Part shown: positions 50,290 to 56,250 of the stretch, piece by piece
Layout of the letters: every line of letters starts with the position of its first letter
Position numbering within the stretch: position 1 is the stretch's first letter
Assembly: GCA_016839515.1 (NCBI GenBank)
Contig: JAEOUE010000054.1
Location: 1 to 56,250, forward strand
DNA: 56,250 nt
Reading direction: 5' to 3'
Source of the DNA: Candidatus Hodarchaeum mangrovi
GTDB lineage: Archaea; Asgardarchaeota; Heimdallarchaeia; Hodarchaeales; Hodarchaeaceae
Made by a program: the position numbers and the translations under genes
The notes under the pieces: model-generated
The model's database searches: none
The model's input: only the letters and a program-made list of their open reading frames with translations
Told to the model about the DNA's origin: nothing

Positions 50290-52434
50290 TTATGTTGGTC
50301 TAAGACCTAATCGAGTAATAAATGTTGAATAAAAAGCAAAGCAATCAACTGATTCCTTTTCATCTAAGGTAACGGATGAATGTACAATCCTATTTCGTAA
50401 ATTACGGAAATGTGCAATTTTTTTGTCGTTTGGAAGATCAAATCCACGTTCTCTTAATTCTGTTATTTGAACCTGAAAATCAGGTTTATCGTAAAGATTG
50501 TTAGAAACAATTTGTAAATAACGAGTAGTTAGAAGATTTTTTACTGCTGCATCTGCTTTTATCACAAAAAGTTCATAATTATTTTCTTTAAACGCATGTT
50601 TAGCTTGATTCCAAAGGACCCGAACATAATTGATATTTTTCAATGCTTGTGCAGGATCAATACTTGGGGTAATTATACCTTCAGTTTTTGTATGTGCATA
50701 ATTATTTACAATAAAATTAACACGACTAACTAATTGAGTGTAGGTAATATAAGATGAAATGTTAATAAATAACACAAAAATTGCTAGAATAACAGTAGGC
50801 CCCGCAAGACTCAGAAATAACTCTGTGAGGTTAGCAATATAGAATGGTAACAAATGTTGAGAGAAAATTGTAAAATGAATTAAATTTACAATATCAAAAA
50901 TAAAAAAACCAATCAAAAAAAACATTACCCATTCGATTCGTCGTTTTATTCTTTTACAAAACACTAAGGTTTCTGACTCTGACGACTCGATGAAATTCAA
51001 TATTCCAAATGTGGGTAAGGGGATACTTGATATCCGAATTAAAATCGAATCATTGGGAACCTCTTTTATATTAAATAATCCACTAAAATTATATTTAAAA
51101 AATTTATAGGTTTCCTCCAAAGAAAATTCAACAGTCCATTGATCTATACGATACCATCTTCCTGTATGATTAATGTATATTAATGATCCTGGTAGTGCTA
51201 GTAGAAAAATAAAGGTTAGAAATATAGAGAAGGGATTCCAAATGAAGGGTTTTGGTAATCGTACTTCATATAAGATTCCAAAGGTCCCTACTGCATTACT
51301 TTGAGGAGAAATTACAAGATAGTATTTTCCTCCATCTAAAGTATCCGTGTAATTAATTTCGCCATCTCTTAGCTCTTGGCCTTCATCTCCAATGAAGAGT
51401 CGATTCTGTCCCCATTCATCGAAAATCTCCACGATAGCAAAATCTAAAACAGAATTAGTAGTAAAATTAAATTCAAAAACACTTATTTTTGCTATTGAAG
51501 GACTAGAGTTTACCTCAAACCAGAAATAGAACTTTATTCGGGGAGTATAACCCCTTTCAAGATTAACTGAAATTGTCTTATTATGAGGAAGGATATTTGC
51601 TGTGTCAAAATTGTACCCGCTACTTTGAGCTGAAAACGAAATGTTGTATGTTCCAATAGGAAAGCCTAACTCAACTAAATGATTAATTCTTATAATATAA
51701 GTATCGGTTGACCTAGCAATCCAAGTGAAATTATATGACCCCTCTGCTGGTTTTATTTGAGCTCCTCTAATTACAGGGTTTTGTAAACCAATCGAACGCG
51801 GATATATTGTAATTTCAGAATCTAAAAGTACATTTGGTGTTCCTTCTTTCAAAAATAAGGTACCATTTTGATTTTCAGCCAAAACCACCTTCCAATAATG
51901 CACTTCATGATTGTGAGAAAAATTACCTAGGTATTGGCTTTCACTAATTAGTTCTGCAGAAGCCTCATTGAATTTAGTCTCTGGAATGGATACTAATATA
52001 GTGTAAGATTGATTGTTAGGACTCGTAGAAATACCAACTTGAATATACCAATTACCAGGACTTGATACAGTCCATGAACCCAAAAAGGGTTGAACTGGGT
52101 ATGGTGTTTCTTGAAAAATAATTTCTATCCCAATTGGATTAAACACTTTTACTGATAATTCTGATTTTATTAAGCTATTATTTGGATAAATTGAGAAAAA
52201 AACAACTTGACTTAGAGCTAGATCTTCTAAGAGCCAATTATGCATTTGAGAATCATTAGTAAAAAAGCCTTTTTGACCAATTCCATCTTCTATAACCGTA
52301 TAATTTTCAAACTGGGATTTAAAGATAGGAGCTTTTTCAAATTCATCTAATGCCGATATTAAATCCGAAGGCTGAAAAATAATAATGGAATTAATATAAA
52401 GAAGGCCAATAATCAGTATTCTTAGCTTATTCAT
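50290..52434 (-). CDS. Receptor-like membrane protein: signal/anchor, beta-sandwich ectodomain repeats, 3 TM, C-terminal HEPN-like domain
   Basis: N-terminal hydrophobic segment; three G.WYIQV / TYIIRI / GKYYLVI repeats; three TM segments; RNRIVH at 50380-50397. Confidence 0.75.
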   Translation of the reverse strand: MNKLRILIIGLLYINSIIIFQPSDLISALDEFEKAPIFKSQFENYTVIEDGIGQKGFFTNDSQMHNWLLEDLALSQVVFFSIYPNNSLIKSELSVKVFNPIGIEIIFQETPYPVQPFLGSWTVSSPGNWYIQVGISTSPNNQSYTILVSIPETKFNEASAELISESQYLGNFSHNHEVHYWKVVLAENQNGTLFLKEGTPNVLLDSEITIYPRSIGLQNPVIRGAQIKPAEGSYNFTWIARSTDTYIIRINHLVELGFPIGTYNISFSAQSSGYNFDTANILPHNKTISVNLERGYTPRIKFYFWFEVNSSPSIAKISVFEFNFTTNSVLDFAIVEIFDEWGQNRLFIGDEGQELRDGEINYTDTLDGGKYYLVISPQSNAVGTFGILYEVRLPKPFIWNPFSIFLTFIFLLALPGSLIYINHTGRWYRIDQWTVEFSLEETYKFFKYNFSGLFNIKEVPNDSILIRISSIPLPTFGILNFIESSESETLVFCKRIKRRIEWVMFFLIGFFIFDIVNLIHFTIFSQHLLPFYIANLTELFLSLAGPTVILAIFVLFINISSYITYTQLVSRVNFIVNNYAHTKTEGIITPSIDPAQALKNINYVRVLWNQAKHAFKENNYELFVIKADAAVKNLLTTRYLQIVSNNLYDKPDFQVQITELRERGFDLPNDKKIAHFRNLRNRIVHSSVTLDEKESVDCFAFYSTFITRLGLRPT

Positions 52435-52595
52435 CCATTATTCCCATGCTTTAACTTTATCTGATGAATTCTTACAAATGATCATGATTATGAATGAATG
52501 TTTACTCGATTGATTAACTTTATTTATTGTTTGAATATACCACATTCTCGAAATATAGCTACAAAAGTTTATGTTTTTTTACGTTATGGTTTGGA

Positions 52596-53240
52596 ATGAT
52601 ATTGAGTCAAAAGATACGTGTGTTTAAAAAACGAATCCAAATTTCTCAAAAAAAGTGGAATTCAGTCCAAAACGAATCTCTTCGAATAATTAACTCTATA
52701 CTTACAATTATTTCTCGTTTAACTCTAACTCAGAAAAATGGTACTTTTTCTGAAAATTTATTAGAAAAATTCCCAGAAGTCCCCGATAGAATTGCATTTT
52801 ATTTGACTGATATTATAAATCATAATATTTCCGAGCTTAACTCTTACATTCAGCAATTTACAGAAATTCTTAATGAAATGAAGAAAATTGAAAAGGAATT
52901 CAAACAGGATTTTTTTGTGTTAATAAAAAAACAAGTAATTGATCATCGTAACCCATCTTCATTAGATTTAGAGATAATTGAGCAAGCAGAGGAGACCATT
53001 CAAGAGATAGTGGATATGTATCAAGTTGAACTTGCTTTAAGAAATCAAATTTTTCATGAACTTCAAAATCCAAGTGATTTTAAACCTGCAAGAATAACAG
53101 CGAATTTAGTTCTTTGGTCTGCGGAGGTGTATATCGAATCCTCACGTATTCGTGATTTATTTGAAGGATTTTCCTTAGTTGAGAAACTTTGTGAGAAAAT
53201 TCAAACAGAAAATTCATTAAATTCTTTATCTAAATCTTAG
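52596..53240 (+). CDS. Helical protein resembling eukaryotic C1orf109 (AIRIM)/CINP
   Basis: W.S......I.S...I..RL, L.KFPEV.DR, I.EIV.MY..EL.LR..I, terminal W..E.YI; ATG at 52596 preferred (ORF open from 52527). Confidence 0.55.
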   Translation: MILSQKIRVFKKRIQISQKKWNSVQNESLRIINSILTIISRLTLTQKNGTFSENLLEKFPEVPDRIAFYLTDIINHNISELNSYIQQFTEILNEMKKIEKEFKQDFFVLIKKQVIDHRNPSSLDLEIIEQAEETIQEIVDMYQVELALRNQIFHELQNPSDFKPARITANLVLWSAEVYIESSRIRDLFEGFSLVEKLCEKIQTENSLNSLSKS

Positions 53241-53260
53241 AAGTAAATATCAAAATGAAA

Positions 53261-54664
53261 TTAACTTGCATGAAAATCAGTTATTTGAAAAAAACCTTCT
53301 AAAGCTCCAGATTTATAACCACTTACCAACAATCCCTGAATTTTATCATTAATCGCATATTCTGGCTCACCTTTCTCAAGATATTTTTTAACTAGATTCA
53401 TAGAAAACAGTAAAGTACTTTTTGCTACAGATTCCTGTCCTATAGCACAAACTGCCACTCCTCTTAACTGAATATCTGAAGGACCGGCTTGAGATAAAAA
53501 CACACATTGTTTATCACCAGCTGAAAGAAAATCAGGAGTATGGCCAATTAAATCTGAACTCATTGATTGAATAGCAGAAAATAAACCTGTGTAAAGACAA
53601 ACTTCTTGGCCTGCAGGTTTATGACTTGCAAAAAGAGGGAGTCCGCTATCATCAAAAATATAAACTTCAGAAGTGGAAAATATTCTACTCAAAACATTAA
53701 ATCGTTCCTCTTCCTCTGAATATTCATTATCTGGGGGATTTTTTTTATCGTGATTGTTTGAACATGGTGTTTTTTGTTGAATTTCAATTAACTCATCAAA
53801 TCCACTATAGCGGGGTAAGATACTGTTAACTGGATTAAAATCAGTAAGAATTAATGAGACATTATACTCTTGAACTTCGGAATTAATTGCATTTGTAAAT
53901 CTAATTTCAATCTCCTTGCCAAATGTGCTTATTAATTTTTTTGTGATTTTATTCATAGAATGAAGACTTATTGGTCTTGATGAGATGACAGAGATAAAAA
54001 TGATCTGTAACTTTTCAAATTCTTCTGGGAAGATATTTACTAGATGATCACCCACTGTTGTTATTGCATCTTGTAAGGCCTCATCTAAATCCGTTGAATA
54101 AGCTATTCCCTCTAGTAAAATTTTAGAATTCCCAAATATTTGAATTAAGTCAGGAAAGGAAATACCCAATCCAGAATTTGGATTTAAGCTTGTAATTAAA
54201 GAATCTAAAAGAATTTTGAACTTTTTACGATTATTTTCAGAAGAAAAATCAAAATGAAAATAACAGGGACCGAAAAAATTGATTTGTTGAGTTTTTAATC
54301 CTGGTCCTGTATCAAAAAAGAGAGGAATTGAATCTGAAAATTCAATTGATGCTAGAATACTTCCTAATATTTGAAAAATTCCAATTTCCGATGAATTAAA
54401 AACAAAAAAAATGAAATAAGAATTTAAAAGAAATTGCACTTGAGAAAGCATTTTCTCTGAATCAAAAATTACCGCTTGATCACAGCTATCCGTTGGTAAA
54501 GTACTTGGAGCTAATAAAAGGAGTGGTATCCTAGATTCAGTTTTTGAATTTAAAAACTCATTTAATAACCGGAGCTCACTACTTACAGCATCCCCAACAC
54601 ATACAATTTTCCCTCGTGGACGAAAATATTCTATTAATGAGTTATTTTCATATATAATGCTCAA
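53261..54664 (-). CDS. Degenerate FtsZ-fold protein fused to a longin/roadblock-like domain
   Basis: GLGISFPDL (compare FtsZ GLINLDFADV), EALQDAI, ISLHSMNKI, IRFTNAIN..YNVSLILTDF match the FtsZ C-domain; no GGGTG; C-terminal VYIFDDSGLPLF..LYTGLFSAIQSMS. Confidence 0.65.
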   Translation of the reverse strand: MSIIYENNSLIEYFRPRGKIVCVGDAVSSELRLLNEFLNSKTESRIPLLLLAPSTLPTDSCDQAVIFDSEKMLSQVQFLLNSYFIFFVFNSSEIGIFQILGSILASIEFSDSIPLFFDTGPGLKTQQINFFGPCYFHFDFSSENNRKKFKILLDSLITSLNPNSGLGISFPDLIQIFGNSKILLEGIAYSTDLDEALQDAITTVGDHLVNIFPEEFEKLQIIFISVISSRPISLHSMNKITKKLISTFGKEIEIRFTNAINSEVQEYNVSLILTDFNPVNSILPRYSGFDELIEIQQKTPCSNNHDKKNPPDNEYSEEEERFNVLSRIFSTSEVYIFDDSGLPLFASHKPAGQEVCLYTGLFSAIQSMSSDLIGHTPDFLSAGDKQCVFLSQAGPSDIQLRGVAVCAIGQESVAKSTLLFSMNLVKKYLEKGEPEYAINDKIQGLLVSGYKSGALEGFFQITDFHAS

Positions 54665-54922
54665 GGTGATATTCTCTTCTTCAAATTAGTTAATTTCTTA
54701 TCTTTTTTTCAAGAGATTCTTATGTCAGAGATTACTAATAAGTAACAAAAATATTCATTGTGACTTCCTCTATCAACTCCCATAATATGAGAAGACTATC
54801 TCAATATAGTAGGCTCTTATTATTATTCCATATGGATTTAAGCTTAAATAAGAAAATAAAGAATCAAGAAAATACTGAGATACAGTATAATATAAATTTA
54901 AATAATAATTTAGGAGATAAGA

Positions 54923-56250
54923 ATGTCATTTGAGATTTTTAAAGTAGAAGGATGCGGGAGATTGGGACAATTCAAAGATATTCAATTTGAAACTCCAAAT
55001 TTATTTTTATCACGTTATTATTCTGAAAATGAATCACAAACAACACTTAACCACACTCTTAATGAGATTAAAAAGCTTTCAGGGATTCAACCTGCCTTTA
55101 AAATGGACATACCAGCCGATTACAGCATTAAATGTATTAATTATCCTTCATTACAAACTCAGAATAAAAATATTGATGAACTAAAAGCATTGGAAGATTT
55201 ATTTCCTATAAATACTTTAGAAACATCTGTACCTACCTTTCATGTCATTCCTTGGGACACTTCTAGTCTATATCTTAATGAAGGTGAAAGTTTCATTGAA
55301 AGACTTAATCAATTAAAGAAAATAGACATTAGAAATTCAAATTTTTTTGTATTAAATGTACCCTTTCAACAGAAAGAACTCACAATACCTCCCCCTTCTT
55401 TTGTGTCTGTTCTTATGCTTGGTGATATCTCTTCTCTCCTAAATCATCCAAAATTCTTATTACAATATATTCGATCAGTTCAACAAATAACCCCTCCTAA
55501 TGTAACGCTTTTTGCTCCAATGGTACCAAGTAGTTATATGCCGTTTTTAAATTATTTGGGTATTGATTTCTTTGATTTTACATATTTAGACATATTTTAC
55601 TCAGATACTAAAATAAAAAATGATTTTATTCTAGATTTAAACCCAACTACTAAAAATTTTACAGATGTTCTCACATTAATTAAGAGAGCTATTGATTCAG
55701 GAAATTTAAGAAATTTAGTTCGAATCTATGCGAATTCAAATCCCTCTTTAAAGACAATGTTAAAATTAGCTGATTCCATAAACATTTTTGAAGAAAATAC
55801 TCCTATTTATTTTAAGAAAAAGATGTTTTGCACAGATGAAACAGATTTAACTAGAGTAGAAGTTATAAGATTTCGTGAAAGGATCGCTTCACGGTATTTT
55901 CCTCCCTCTAAATTGAAAGGTGTAATTTTTCTTCCATGTTCTGCAAAGAAACCTTATTCAACTTCTAAATCCCATCGATTGTTTCATAATGTAATAAAAC
56001 GAACCTTAAAAAGTAAACGTCATTCAATTTTAGAATTAATACTTACTAGTCCTCTGGGGGTTGTTCCAAGAGAACTTGAATATACTTTTCCTGCAGGTCA
56101 TTATGATATTCCAGTAACTGGCCATTGGAGTGATCTAGAAAAAAAACATCTTGCCCAAGATATTAGTTCGATTCTGTCAAAAATTGACTTCTCAATTCCT
56201 TTAGTTGGATATGTAAAAGGATCTGAAAGAAAAGTCTTAAAAAAAGTTTG
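54923..56250 (+). CDS. arcS: Archaeosine synthase ArcS/TgtA2-like, truncated by the window end
   Basis: AGGAG SD plus ATG at 54923 (MSFEIFKVEGCGRLG); LPCSAKKPYS.SKSH and TSPLGVVPRELE..PAGHYDIPVTG.W are in the same frame; absent from the ORF track because no stop lies in the window. Confidence 0.88.
   Translation, partial: MSFEIFKVEGCGRLGQFKDIQFETPNLFLSRYYSENESQTTLNHTLNEIKKLSGIQPAFKMDIPADYSIKCINYPSLQTQNKNIDELKALEDLFPINTLETSVPTFHVIPWDTSSLYLNEGESFIERLNQLKKIDIRNSNFFVLNVPFQQKELTIPPPSFVSVLMLGDISSLLNHPKFLLQYIRSVQQITPPNVTLFAPMVPSSYMPFLNYLGIDFFDFTYLDIFYSDTKIKNDFILDLNPTTKNFTDVLTLIKRAIDSGNLRNLVRIYANSNPSLKTMLKLADSINIFEENTPIYFKKKMFCTDETDLTRVEVIRFRERIASRYFPPSKLKGVIFLPCSAKKPYSTSKSHRLFHNVIKRTLKSKRHSILELILTSPLGVVPRELEYTFPAGHYDIPVTGHWSDLEKKHLAQDISSILSKIDFSIPLVGYVKGSERKVLKKV

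Noticed and set aside
54987-55184. 65-aa ORF in the track
   Set aside because: Out-of-frame overlap inside the arcS-like gene starting at 54923

Overview
AT-rich, gene-dense archaeal chromosome segment. Its content points to an Asgard archaeon, possibly Heimdallarchaeia-like (inferred from gene content, not from a phylogeny). Supporting content: Arf-like and Rab-like small GTPases, about eight roadblock/longin-type domain proteins, CDC48, Nre, EndoQ, ArcS and an archaeal SRP RNA at 18458-18767. No rRNA, tRNA, CRISPR array or transposase was seen. Highlights: (1) a four-gene minus-strand cluster encoding a divergent tubulin/FtsZ GTPase, a 1171-aa helical-repeat rod and two helical/coiled-coil proteins; (2) a receptor-like membrane protein with beta-rich ectodomain repeats and a cytoplasmic HEPN RxxxxH motif; (3) a motif-dead FtsZ-fold protein fused to a longin/roadblock domain; (4) a MinD/ParA-longin-wHTH fusion beside a Rab-like GTPase, a roadblock pair and a Yip1 protein; (5) proteins resembling FLCN/SMCR8 and C1orf109/CINP; (6) a promoter-led 65-nt hairpin that may be an ncRNA. 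All family calls come from reading motifs by eye; no searches were run.
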